Positions 12,672 to 26,070 of a stretch of 64,000 nucleotides of DNA are shown here, piece after piece. The DNA is taken from NCBI RefSeq assembly GCF_009914755.1, contig NC_060926.1. One strand, given 5' to 3'. Source of the stretch: the human T2T-CHM13v2.0 reference genome, Homo sapiens. The position numbers were made by a program, and so were the translations under genes. Positions within the stretch are counted from its first letter, which is position 1; each line of letters starts with the position of its first letter. Under the pieces are notes generated by a model. The model did no database searches. It saw nothing but the letters and a program-made list of their open reading frames with translations, and was not told where the DNA came from.

Positions 12672-13334
12672 TAAATGCAGACCTAGTGTCATCCGTGGCA
12701 CAGTTGTGCAATAAGAAGAATTTTCAATATCATCACCAACTCCATCTGTTTCAATGAAGACAATCTTGATTAGGGATCAGGAGGACAAATGACAATTTGT
12801 GCTGTTCTTATTTCCTTTTTGTCCATTATCTTCAGAGAATATTTTATTCAATGTCTACTCTTAAAAGGTTCTTAATGAAGCTGCAATATATGCATGATCT
12901 GAGAAATATTACAACAGGCTGTCATCACAGAAACCATTCCCCAATAATGGGGTTTCTCTTAATGCTAAAGGAGGTGAAAAGAGGGAAGAAAGAAGAAAAG
13001 AGAACAAACCTGCATTGCATTTCTACAATAAGTCAGTCACTGCAGTAGGCAAGTTATCTGTATTATCTCTAAACAGTAATTTAAAAACATAATAACACAT
13101 CAAGGTACCGTAACTGAGAGTTACAGTAAGTTAGAGGTGAAATAAACTTGAAAGATCATCTACAGGTTAGAAAACTGATTACTTACCTGGGCTCACTTTG
13201 CTGCCTGGGAGAAAACTGGATGCAAAATGATGATCTCCTAGCTCAAGGTGGGCGTTCTCATTTCCTGCCTCTGTCCCTACCCAACTCATTATTTACAGAA
13301 TCTAGTGAGCAGAGGCTTTTCCTCTTCATCAAGA

Positions 13335-13540
13335 ACAGAATAAGGAAATTGGTTTAAGCTGCAATACAAAAGACTTAAGATGCAAGACAATTTCCTGATG
13401 CCAACATCTGCTTACCGTAAGAGGACACCACGGAAGATCTCTTTTAAGATGTAATTGCTTGTCATCTATTTATGAGAGTAAAGCTCAGTAGATTTGGCTA
13501 AAGGTAAACAGTGCAGGGTCTAGTGTAACAATTCTGTGAA
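13335..13540 (+). mobile_element. L3/CR1 3' end relic
   Basis: GGTTTAAGCTGCAA..AATTTCCTGA..TCTTTTAAGA..ATTCTGTGA resembles the L3 terminus. Confidence 0.55.
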
Positions 13541-13659
13541 ATGTCTTCAGCGTCCATAGCGTGTACAGAGAAGGTTGAGAACTCTGCTTGGGTTCAGCTT
13601 TTCACCACCTGGGTGGCAATGGTCAGGGATGGCCTTCTCATCATAGTTTATTCAAGACT

Positions 13660-13870
13660 AATAGCAACAATAGCCCATACTCATCTCACACTTACACTGT
13701 GGATGAGCGTTGCCCATGGCACTTAACATGTCTTTGTATTATTCCCATTTTGTAGATTAGGAAACCAAGAAGTTTATTTGCTTAAGGTCACGTAATGCCA
13801 TCAGCAAGTGGTAGAAGCTGGATAAAAACTCACATGGTTTTCTTTCTACGCTTCTGACTTTAAACTGCTA
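13660..13870 (-). mobile_element. MIR
   Basis: ATTATTCCCATTTTGTAGATTAGGAAAC..TTGCTTAAGGTCAC..AGTGGTAGAAGCTGGAT. Confidence 0.7.
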
Positions 13871-14441
13871 GCGGTGAACTCTGTGCCATAAATACGATGA
13901 CTGGTATTTACATTATTAATGTGGTTCTAAAAAGGACACATGCTCCAAATGCTATATTTTAGGTTCTATCAAGAAAATCAAGGCATCAGATTATTTCAAA
14001 AATCACAGTAAAGGGATTCTCAGAAACTGCCAGTCAGAAGTGAAATAGTCAATGGCGGTGCTAAGGTTTTTACTATCATGCTAAGGTTTGGGTAGGAGAG
14101 TCTGTCCTGTGACCATCATCTGACCAGCACCTGGGGCAGGAATACTCACAGGGTTCAAACCTTGCTTTATCAAGGCTTAGTAGGAACTTTGGAAGTTAGC
14201 CTCTAGGAGGAACAAAAATGGGAGGGGGAAGAAGCATACAGCATACAGACTGGAAAAAGGGTTCCTTGTATATCAAAGCCGTATGTTTCTACAATAGGTA
14301 GTCTCATGGTGAGCCCCCATTTTTCTGGCTTACAGAAAAATTATCTGGATCTGTCTAGAGCTGTATCTATCTAGATCTGGAACCTTCTGATATTCAGCAA
14401 CTCAAAGGTGAGTGACAGAGAAGTAGGTAGTTCATTTAATG

Positions 14442-14851
14442 TGCTATGATTTGGATGCAGTTTGCACCATTAAGTATCTTGTTGAAATTTGATCTCCAGT
14501 GTTGGAGGTGAGCCTGGTGGGAGACGTGTTGAGTTGTTGGGGCAGCTACCTCATGAATGGCTTGGTGACATTCTCATGGGGAGTGAGTTGTTGAGAATTG
14601 TCGTTGAAAAGAGTCTGGCACCTCTCTCTTCCTTTGGCTTCCTTCCTCTCACCATGTATGCCTGTCCCCCCTTCACTGTCCATCATGAGCGGAAGCTTCC
14701 TGAGGCCCTCACCAGAAGCACATGCTGGTGCCATGCTCCTTGTACAGCCTACGGAACAGTGAAACAAACAAACAAACAAACAATAAAACCTCTTTTCTTT
14801 ATAAATTACCAATCAGATAGTCCTTTGTAGCAGCACAAACAGACTAAGACA
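14442..14851 (+). mobile_element. MSTB-like MaLR solo LTR
   Basis: TGCTATG..GTTGAAATTTGATC.CCAGTGTTGGAGGTG..CCTCATGAATGGCTTGG..CCTGAGGCCCTCACCAGAAGCA..ACAGACTAAGACA. Confidence 0.92.
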
Positions 14852-16611
14852 AAGTGTTTCCCTCAAAATCTGCTATTTGCTAAACAGGTTGGGAAATTCA
14901 AGGAGGGTATACAGATTTAGCACCAGATGGTGGATTGGACAAAACAACATCAAATCTTCCTTTCAGCGAAGAGTCCTATGAGCCTAAAGGAAATGGAGAA
15001 TTAAAGTATAATGTGGCCAATTCTGGACATCACACAGCAAAAACAACAAAATAACCCACATGCAACACCTAGGAAATGGAATGGATGTGTTTCATGATCC
15101 AGGCAGCTTCCGTGCTCTGTCACTGCTTGGGAACCTAACGACCATCAGAGCTAACAATGAAATGAATGAAAGCTCAGGCACTTCAGTACTGTTTTCCTGA
15201 GCTAGCTGTGTACTGATTTAGACACATGTTTCAAAAGTGCTAAATGAAATCCTATTCCCAAATTATGAAACTAAATATTTTTCTTAGACATATCTCACAT
15301 TGTTCTGTATACCAGGGAAATTTCCCATGACCCTTGGAGTCACCCCTATTTATTTGCTCCCATACACACTTCTTCTGGGATGTAAGATAATCCGGTTGAA
15401 GGCTAACATGTAAGTATCCAGTGGCATGTCAAACAAAGCTGTTATTTTATAAGGAAGAAGTGAAAGCTCATTTCAGAAACTGAAGCTTCTCAGGAATGAA
15501 TTAAATGGTTTGGTAGGCATTCCTTGAAGCCTATCAGAAAATTACAAGTATTGCTTAGTTAGGAGATAGGAATTAACTGGTTTCTAAAATGCCTGAGTTT
15601 GGAATCAAGAATTTCAACAACTTGATGCATTCATGAGGGAGAATCCAACTCAAAAAAAAAAAAAAAGTGCCACCTACATAGTTTTATCACTGTGAAAACA
15701 AGGAACGGGTTTAAGCTATTATGTTAACAGAGATTTTTAAGATATACCATGAAAAAAATTGCATTTCAAGCAGCTGACACATTAAATTTGGTTTAATTGT
15801 TGATTGCTTTGCAGAGTCAGAGACAGAAAATTAATAAAAGTCAATACTCAGTAGACTTGGTTGCTATTAAGTAGCATTTGAAATCTGATTTAATTCACAA
15901 AATGACTGATGGAAAGCACAACAGCCCAATTTTTCAAATCAAGCAAAATTTATTATTTACCTCACTGATAAATGTTTAAATCTAAATGAGCCAGAGAACA
16001 CAAACAGGCACAAGTGGCAAAATCAATTTAAAACTCACAAAGACCCATAGCAATTATGAAAGCAAGTGACAATGGTAAATATTTTAGTGGCATAACAGCA
16101 AGGGGTTATATTGCTGAATACACCCGGTTCAAGCTGTCCCAATCACTTAAATTCATCATGTCCTTTCAAAGTATCCAGTATTCTTTCTGTTTTCCTATTT
16201 TTCTTCCTTTCTTTCTCATTACCTTGAGCAAAAAAATGATTTGTTTTCATCTCTCTGGCAAAGAAACCAGACAAGAAGCAAATGATAATAACAATAGTGA
16301 CATATTTAGGCTTGGGGTGGGTGGCGGGGGATGTTAAACAAGCGTAGAAGACCAATACAAATATAAAACATTTTAAAATATGATTCTATATATTTCTGTC
16401 TTTCTTATTAGACTCTCATTTCTACATCATGTTGGCTGACAAAAGCATCTCTCTTCCAGCCTCTAAATGTCTATATCTAAATTTCTAAAATTAGTTTTCT
16501 AATGTTTTATGTACTGGATTTCACTATTCTAGATGTATTTTGTCTTTGTCTTGCCATTTCTGTGATGACTTCTCTGAGTCTTCACTATGACAGGATAACA
16601 AAGAATGAATA

Positions 16612-17296
<685 letters not shown>

Positions 17297-17562
17297 ATAA
17301 TTCCTATTTTTAAAAATTATGGTCATGATGATAATGTGCTGTAAGTTTTAATTTTATTGTATATTGTAAAATACATACTCCGTATGGAGGATTTTCTTTA
17401 AAATGCTGGAGTTTATATTATTCAATGATTATAAATTTTTTTGAATATTGCTTTTTGAAATACTGACCTATAGGGATGGTAGGTGCCATATATTATTCCC
17501 TCCAGCCTACAGATTCATTTCTTTATGGATTACTTTTATTTCCATTATTAACCATTGCTAGA

Positions 17563-18058
17563 TCAGCTGGAGAACCTCCATTTGCAGCCCCAGGGCCACT
17601 CTCCACCTGTCTCTACCCTGTTCTGTGCCTGTTGGCAGAGGCTGCTCCACACGCTGCATCAATGGACTCTGTGGCCCTCCATCTTCCTGTTGGGTTTGAC
17701 ATCTGGCAGGAGATCAGAAGGCAAGAAAAGAGCAAAGTTTGGGTGTTTATTCCCTCTGGTTCCCTCCCTGTGAGGCCTCTTTACATTGGCAGAGCTACAG
17801 CCAAAGGCCACACCTCTTGCCAGATGGCCCTTTCCACACAAGGCCCCTTTCTGGATTCCAGTAAAGGCTCCTTTCACTATCACCTTAAGCCTGGAGGTGG
17901 AAAGCCTGCTGCTGCCACTACCTCTGAGGCATTGCTCCCTCATTTTCAGGCTGCTTATACCCTCTTTACAACTTTGTAAATCATTCTTTTTATTAATCTC
18001 CTTAAATTACCCTTCTTGGATGAGCCATGCATTTTTTGTCAGAGCCTGGTCTGATAAT
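17563..18058 (+). mobile_element. LTR33-like ERVL solo LTR
   Basis: CCACTCTCCACC..CTGCATCAATGG..CTTCCTGTTGGGTTTG..GGCAGGAGATCAGA..GGGTGTTTATTCCC..TTTGTAAAT..TTATTAA..AAATTACCC..CTGATAA. Confidence 0.8.
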
Positions 18059-18382
18059 CAGGCTGAGTGTATTTCCATTTGTTAGGATATTTTTCTATGT
18101 GATAAATAACTTTTATGTACCATGATTTGTTCTCTAAAGGATTTGTTGTATTTTAAAATAATCCACAAAATGTACAAAATAAAATAAAATGAATATTGGT
18201 AAGAAAAGGAATGAATAAATGAATATTGGTAAAAAAAAAAAAAAAAGAGACAAAGGGAAAAATAAGAGCAAGGACTTAACTAAAATTGGGAATTATATTA
18301 GCATGTGAAGTGGAAGCCATTTTGTCTCCAAACTTGCTAACAGACAAAGGCAAAGAGAAAAAATATTAAAAAAAGAAGTTCA

Positions 18383-18709
<327 letters not shown>

Positions 18710-19309
18710 TTACAACATTCTTCACATCAAGAACAGAGAAAACTCCTTTAAGGCAAAGAGGAAACAATAATGCAATAAATGGCATCTTTAACTATATTCT
18801 GAATGTCCCACTCAATCAGATGAAAATATTTTCCCCAAAGCAACAAAATATTACTATCTGACTTATATAATGTTTGCTAAGAGGAATCTTTACTAGCTTA
18901 AAAACAAAGTCATATTTTCATTTTCTGGGGTGATAGGAGCTAACTTTTAATGGGTTTTAACTTTCAATGAGTTATAATGAGTGAGTTTAGAGTCTCATGC
19001 TTTGTGTCTGTTTTTGTTTAAAAATATGTTTAAATAATTTCAGAATTTGTTGGCAGCCATCAAAATGATCAGGCACTAAGAAGAACAAAGCTAGATTAAA
19101 GATAGATTGCAGTATATGTGTTTATTTAATCAACCTAGCATTAAAATGATTATAAATGAGCAGAATTTTTTGGTGTTGGATTGGCATATATAGATTATAA
19201 ATTAAGAAACCCTAAAAAACATTTTTCCCCTAATAAATTGTAATTATCACCACAGCCTATTGGTGGCACTAATGTGGAGAGATGTTAACACCACTAGAAT
19301 ATCATCATA

Positions 19310-19545
19310 TTAATAATAGAATCATATAGTGCTTTACAATTTGAAGAGGATTATGGCACACACACTGTTTTAACCCTACCACAGTTTGGTGAGACAGTCA
19401 CTGCTGTCCTCATTTTTATAAATTAGGAGAAAGAGTGCAAAAAGGTGAGGTGACTTGCCCAAGGTCTTACAGGTGGTGTATGTCAGAGCTCAGAGTAGAA
19501 CCCCAGAGGTCTTTCAACGGGAATCTAGTGTGTTTATTGTATCAT
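19310..19545 (-). mobile_element. MIR
   Basis: ATAGTGCTTTACAATTT..CTCATTTTT..GGTGAGGTGACTTGCCCAAGGTC..GTCAGAGC..AGAACCC. Confidence 0.75.
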
Positions 19546-19965
19546 AGTCTATGGCTCAATGCTTAGGGAAACTGAGGGGAGAGGGAGGGAGGAGGAATCC
19601 TCATGTGGAAAAGCAATATTATATCTATAAGTAGAAAGAAAAGACTTGAGTGTATAAACTCCAGTGATTGAAGTTTAGAAAGGACTTTAGAAACCATTCA
19701 GTTCAGCCCCATGTTTTGTAGCTGTACAAACCTGAAATGGCTAAGATCCCCCAAATGGCTTCATTTTCATTCCCTCTGATTTGTAATACTTTTCTCAAAG
19801 GAGTGCGAAGCCAAGTGAAAGAATCTTTCAGTTAAATATATGTAAAGCTTTGAATAATGAACCTGGCAACTTGGAGTATAATTTTTCAAAAGGCATCTTT
19901 TGAATTAAAAGCAATCAGAATTCATTTTTGGACAAGTCTTAAACTCAAGTGACAATATAATTCTA

Positions 19966-20550
19966 CAGCCACTATTCCCAAGCTGCACTTAGGTGTCCCA
20001 GGGTGGTGCAGGGAACTCACAGGGGCTACAAGGTATTTTAAACTTTGGAGGGAAACATGGTATTAACTGACATCTGCCAATAGCATGAGACCTGCTAGCT
20101 CAAGGTAGTTTAAACATTTAAACATAGTTTAAACATTATTAGGTCATGCTACATTTCTTTCCATGACAGCTTCTTATTGTAAAGCTGAGTTTTTGGCAAC
20201 TGACATAATAAAAACAAATATGGCACCACAATCAGTGTGAATTAGGAAATGAGGATAGCCATACCTAGTCTGATTTCCAGGATTTGAAAAGCTGTGCAGT
20301 GCCCAATAGGTGCACACAGCATGTTAGTAACTGATTGTGGCTATGTACCAGTGAACTAAAATATATTTTATTTTAATGGATGTGTATTATTTTTAAATGG
20401 CTATTAAGTTGTTAGGACATAAAACTAAGTTGTTTTGACTTAGCTACTTAATAAATGAAACTCAAATATCTCTTGGCTTTGGGGCAATGTGAAAAAAAAT
20501 TACTGTAATACTAAAGGTACCAGGAACCAAAGAAAGTTTGGGCATCTTTG
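19966..20550 (+). mobile_element. MER119 (hAT-Charlie), near full length
   Basis: TTCCCAAGCTG..GAACTCACAGGGGC..GAGGGAAACA..CTAGCTCAAGGTAGTT..TGTGCAGTGCCCAA..AAGTTGTTAGGACATAAA..GAAAGTTTGGG. Confidence 0.85.
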
Positions 20551-20552
20551 TC

Positions 20553-20782
20553 CTAATGGTTAAGAATGTGGACTCCAGGGTTAGAATGCCAGCTTCACCA
20601 CTAACCAGCTGTGCTACTTTGAGCCAACCTCTCTCTGTCTCCGTTTCTTCATCTATAATATGGAGCTTATAATGGGACATACCACAATAGTTATTGCGTG
20701 GATTAGTAAGTCAGCGTATGGAAGCTAGGTAGAATAAAGCCAGTCACAGAGCAAGTGTTTTTTCTGTTAGTATTAGCCATTA
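20553..20782 (+). mobile_element. MIR
   Basis: ATGGTTAAGAATGTGGACTC..CCAGCTTCACCACTAACCAGCTGTG..GTTTCTTCATCTATAA. Confidence 0.8.
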
Positions 20783-21462
20783 TGCTTATATGACCAGCTC
20801 TCACTACAGTCCTTCCGATTGCAGTTATGTGCCTGCTCAGTCAAATAAAGAACATCCAAGCTTGGGAAGGCTGTGCATGTGGAGCCTGTGACCTAGAGAA
20901 CTTTCTTCCTTCATTCCTTTTTTTGTTTGTTTTATATGGAAGGAAGCATACCAGAAATTTTTTGGAGAAATTTCAGCTGGCGTTCAGTGCTTTCTCAGTC
21001 AGAATTCCAGAGAAGGTAAGGCGTTTTAATGTTCTACCCACAGCTTCAGAAATTTTCATGTGTACCCTTTGCTTGGTAAACAGAATTGAAATAACTTTAG
21101 TCCCTGGCAAGGTGAGTGTCTGTACTGATCATCCCTTTGAGGAAATGACCTTTGAAACAATTACTATACCTATTCCCACATCAAAAATTAGCTTTCACTT
21201 TCTTCTCTGTGGATCTTTATAGCTGTTCACAGCTATATTTCGGAAATGTCACATCTCTTGAGCTGTGTTTTGTCTCACTTCCCAGGTAATTATTAGTTTC
21301 TAAAGAAAAGGTGTATTTTATTTCTTTTTAAAGTTTTCTCTTTTTTTCTAACAATTACTGTGTATCTATTTTATGCCCTGAAAGTAGCATAATAGCTTCT
21401 AGAGAACAAAAGATTCTGTTTCAGATATTAAATAAGCAAAGATTTAACAATATGCAAATTAA

Positions 21463-21819
<357 letters not shown>

Positions 21820-24464
21820 ATTCAATGACATTCTTAAACACAATATACTAATAAGCAAAAAGAATACAAAATTGTATTATCAATATGGCCCTAGTTTTAT
21901 AAAAATGGAAATTAGATATATTTAGATATATGTACGTACATCCATTTTAGAAGTCTGAAAAAATACAGCAAATATGATTAGATATATGCAAAAACTTCAT
22001 TTCACTTACATTTTGGTTTAAACAGTTATTTCAACTGAAAGAGATAGAATATACAACTAACGTTAAATAACAAAGATATTTCATCATCACAGATGTCTAG
22101 AGAAGGCTTACAAGCATTCCAAGGAACTAATATAAATATGTCATTTTATTAAAATTATTTCTAGTGATGGCCAGCGTAAGTATATGTGAATACGTGATCC
22201 CTTAAGAAGTTCATTTGTAAGTCCACATGCTCAGGTTTGCCTAAAATATAAGCTATAGCAAGGTGCCTGCTCTGTAAACTTCTCAGGGACATGTGTGGTA
22301 GAATGTAACAAATAAATCAGTTTATAAACTAGATATTTGCATACTTATTCTCATATAAAATCATAACTAAAGTTAATCCTCTTGTTCTATTTGAGCACTG
22401 AAGCATAAAAACAATGAAATTAATGGTACATGAATGATAAGGCATCATGAATGAGGTCATTGACAAATTGTCCCAATAGATGTTAGTTTTAATAAGCTTG
22501 GAGATTTTAATAAATATTTATTTGGCCAATTGGAGATTGTGTATGATAACATTAAACTGGTCATATTAATTATATGCTTTAATTATTTCTAGACTCTCAT
22601 AGCTTTTGTTGTTACCTGGAATACCAGAAAATTTCAAGATAATAATTAAATGTGAGGTTTAATATCATCTCCAGAGCAGGGACCTTGTGCAGCATGTGCT
22701 TGCAAATGATAATAACACTGAATAATACAAATAATAAATGATGTTAAAGTTAGTTAAAATCAAATTTTTTTTCAAAATTTCTCAATATAGCACATAATAA
22801 AATAAGCCTAGTCTTAATTAGCCATCACTCTGATTTTAAAAAAAGGAGAAAAGGGATTAGAAATATAAAGGATAAGAAAATGTAATGAGAAAGCTAATAA
22901 GTATTTGGCCAAATAAGAACAGAACTGAGTAATATCTCATGTAACCATACAATTATAGGTGGGTTATAAGGAAATATCCAAAGTGTGGCCTAGTGTACTC
23001 GGAAAAAATAGTATCACCCCCACGTTCTATTATGAACAATTTCAAACCTAAAGAAAATTTGCAAAACTTGTACAATGAGCACCTGCATGCCCACCACCTA
23101 CATTCTAGCAAGTATTATTATTTTATACCTGAAAGAAGCATTAGAAAACAGAGAAAAGAGAAGAAATCATTCAGGGTGGCAGTTTAAAAAAGTATAATGA
23201 ACAACTATCCTTATATCAAAAATAAATAGTAAGAAATAAAATTAAATATAAGATCCCATTCACAATAACAGCAAAATATTAAAATATCAAGAAATCAACA
23301 AGAAATGTGAAGGATATATATAAAGGGAAATACTTATATTTTTCTGAGTCACATTTAGATAGTAAATAGAAAAGCATACAATCTTGATTTTAAAAAAATC
23401 ACTCAACATCATAAAGATGTGAATTCACCTTAAAATAATGTTGTAATTCTTTGCAATCTTAATTAAAAGTAATCAAATTACCTTTTACAAAAACGCTATT
23501 AAAATTTGTTTGAAGGAATGAATACACTTGTGTAAAGTGAGGAAAAATATGAAAACATCTAACAAGGGAGAAAAAATATGCAACATATTAAAATGCTTCA
23601 AAAAGCAATGTTCAAAATGGCGGTACAAGAATAGACAAGGAAATCAATGGAGGAATCTATAAGAGCCAGAAATACATTCCTAGAAAAACTGAAAGTTTTG
23701 TGTGTTAAAATGGGGTTGTCAAACTGTTGGGGAAAGATGTACTATTTAGTACATGTTGTTGGTTCATACGTGTAGCTATTTGGACAAAACGCACTTACTC
23801 TTTACTTCATAATAAATTCTACACGGATTAAAGGTTTAAATATTTTTTAAATGTAAAATAACCAAAGAAAAAACTTTTTCGGTAATCTTGGACTAGGAAA
23901 GACATTTCTCAGTATAACAAAAATCTGTAAGTAACAAACTAAAATCTAGACAAGTTTGTTTCAAACACTTATGTTTAATGCAAAGCATTATAAACAAAGT
24001 GAAACAATAATATCAATGGCAAAGAAAAAATAGAGTCGTTACATATATGATGGAAAAGATTAATTTAATACACAAAAACTTTCATGTAAATCAATAAGAA
24101 TAAGGAAAATTACTCTGTAGGAATTTGGGCAGAAGATATGAGAATGGAAAGAAATACAAATCAACAAAAAAACACTAAAATTGCATGGCCTTGCTCTTCA
24201 ATAAAAACAAGATACATTGCTTAAGTCTTTTAAGAAAGACTTAAAATTTATAAATAACACTGTGCATTAATAAAGCCTAAAGAAAATGCATGCATTAGCT
24301 AAGAGGTTAATGAACTATATCTAAATTATTCGTGATTAAGAATTAAGAAAACCTAAACATACGGATATAAATAGGTGCCCAAAATATATTGTGAAGGGAA
24401 AAAGCAAGTCATAGAACAGCACATAGTATGAGATGATTTTGTTAAAAAAAAAAAAAAATACATA

Positions 24465-25123
24465 CACACATGCTCTGCATAATGACATTTTGGTCAACGA
24501 TGGACTGCATAGATGATAGTGGTCATGTAAGATTATAATACTGGGCCGGGTGCTGTAATCCCAGCACCTTGGGAGGCCGAGGTGGGCTGATCACTTGAGG
24601 CCAGGAGTTTGAGACCAGCCTGGCCAACATGGCGAAACCCCAACTCTACTAAAATATACAATAAGAAAATTAGTGGATCATGGTGGCACAGGCCTGTAAT
24701 CCCAGCTACTCATGGCGCTGAGGCACGAGAATCGCTTGAACTCAGGAGGCAGAGATTGCAGTGAGCCAAGATAGCGCCACTGCACTCCAGCCTGGGCGAC
24801 ACAGAGAGGCTCTGTCGCAAAATAAATAAATAAATAAATAAATAAGATTATAATACGATAGTTTTACTGTACCTTTTCTGTATTTAGATATGTTTAAATA
24901 CACAAGTACCACTGTGTTACAATTGCCTACAGTATTTAATACGTAACATGCTGTACAGGTGTGTAGCCTAGGAACAATAGGCTATCCCATCTATTGTAGG
25001 TGTGTAGTAGGCTATACCAGCTAGGTTTGCGTAAGTGTACTCTGATGTTTGCACAATGAAATCACCTATGATCTGTTTCTCCAAAAGTATCAAGTATCCC
25101 CATTGTTAAGTAACACATCACTG
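24465..25123 (+). mobile_element. Tigger3a (MER7A-type) DNA transposon, split by an Alu
   Basis: GCATAATGACATTTTGGTCAACGATGGACTGCAT..TAAGATTATAATAC | TTTTACTGTACCTTTTCT..GTTACAATTGCCTACAGTA..GTATCCCCATTGTTAAG..ACTG; TA flanks. Confidence 0.92.
24544..24845 (+). mobile_element. Alu SINE (AluSz-like)
   Basis: GATCACTTGAGGCCAGGAGTTTGAGACCAGCC; (TAAA)n tail; TSD TAAGATTATAATAC 24528-24541 / 24843-24856; ~12-bp deletion near 5' end. Confidence 0.96.
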
Positions 25124-25809
25124 TATACTCATATGTATGTATGTTCATATATTTATATGTGTAGATGTCCATATACCAAACTATTTTCAATGTCAACTTC
25201 TCAGAAGTGAGATGATAAAGAATAGGAAAAAGAGTCATAGGGACTTTTATTTTTCTCTTCTATAAAATTTCACATTTTGAGATTTTAAAATTTTAACTAT
25301 ATAAGAATCTTTTTTTCGATAATCATAGGCTAATAATTTTTTTTACAAGGAGCATCTATTTTATAATTTAAAAAATGTAAAAGAGTAAAACACTTTAAGT
25401 AAAAAAAAGATAAAAATACTCGACAAAAGAAAAAGAAAACCAATTCTGCAGTTTCTTTAGTGAGAAAAGACTGGATTTCACAGCCCCATGCTTAATGTGT
25501 CTTATTATATCTGAGTTAACTGTGTAGTTACACTGTTATCTCTACACTTGATACTTATAACCTATATATAATTTTCATTCCATTAGGTGGGTCCAGTGGT
25601 TTTCAGCTAATAATGTTTCTATCTTCACAAAGTCCTTACTTAAGGAGCATGCCAAGCATTATTATAGATAGGTATCAGGAATAAGAGAACTCCACCTGCC
25701 AACTGTGGTCTAGATTATGTTGCTGGAGAGAGGCAGAACAGATGCAACCCCCCACAGCTCTGAGAGCCTCATTTATGCCTGAGTAGACCACAACTTTAAC
25801 TTACAGCAG

Positions 25810-26070
25810 ACATTTGTTATAGCTACCTTTTGTTCTATACTTACTATGTGCCAAATGCAGCTCTAAACTCTTCACATTATTAACTAACTTGAATCTCACT
25901 AACAATCCCATAAGGTTATTATCCCTTTTATTATTTTCAGTGTACAGATAAAAAAAAGCTCAAGTCTAAAAGGCTCAGTAACTTCCTTAATGACACATAT
26001 CTGGAATGATGGTCATATGCTAATTCAGGATTTCCTAATTCTAATGTTCATATGGCTATGCTATACTTAG
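25810..26070 (-). mobile_element. MIR
   Basis: ACTTACTATGTGCCAAATGC..GAATCTCACTAACAATCCC..TACAGAT..AGTAACTT. Confidence 0.65.

Larger units (their letters stand above)
23108..25400 (+). mobile_element. Old L1M(E) ORF2/3' region, highly degenerate, interrupted by Tigger3a and Alu
   Basis: ATCCCATTCACAATAACAGCAAAA, CTCAACATCATAAAGATG, AAGAATAGACAA..TCAATGGA, GGATTAAAGGTTTAAAT, TGGGCAGAAGATATGA; boundaries approximate. Confidence 0.75.

Noticed and set aside
14489-14830. 113-aa and 88-aa ORFs
   Set aside because: Both are inside the MSTB LTR
16313-16330. G-rich GGGGTGGGTGGCGGGGG as a G-quadruplex or promoter GC box
   Set aside because: Only three runs of 3 or more G and no CpG island or other promoter context
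17476-17979. 167-aa plus-strand ORF
   Set aside because: Lies almost entirely within the LTR33-like element; no domain recognised
23120-23170. Very strong-looking minus-strand acceptor directly followed by GTATAA
   Set aside because: It is the antisense of A-rich L1 ORF2 sequence, and the donor is weak
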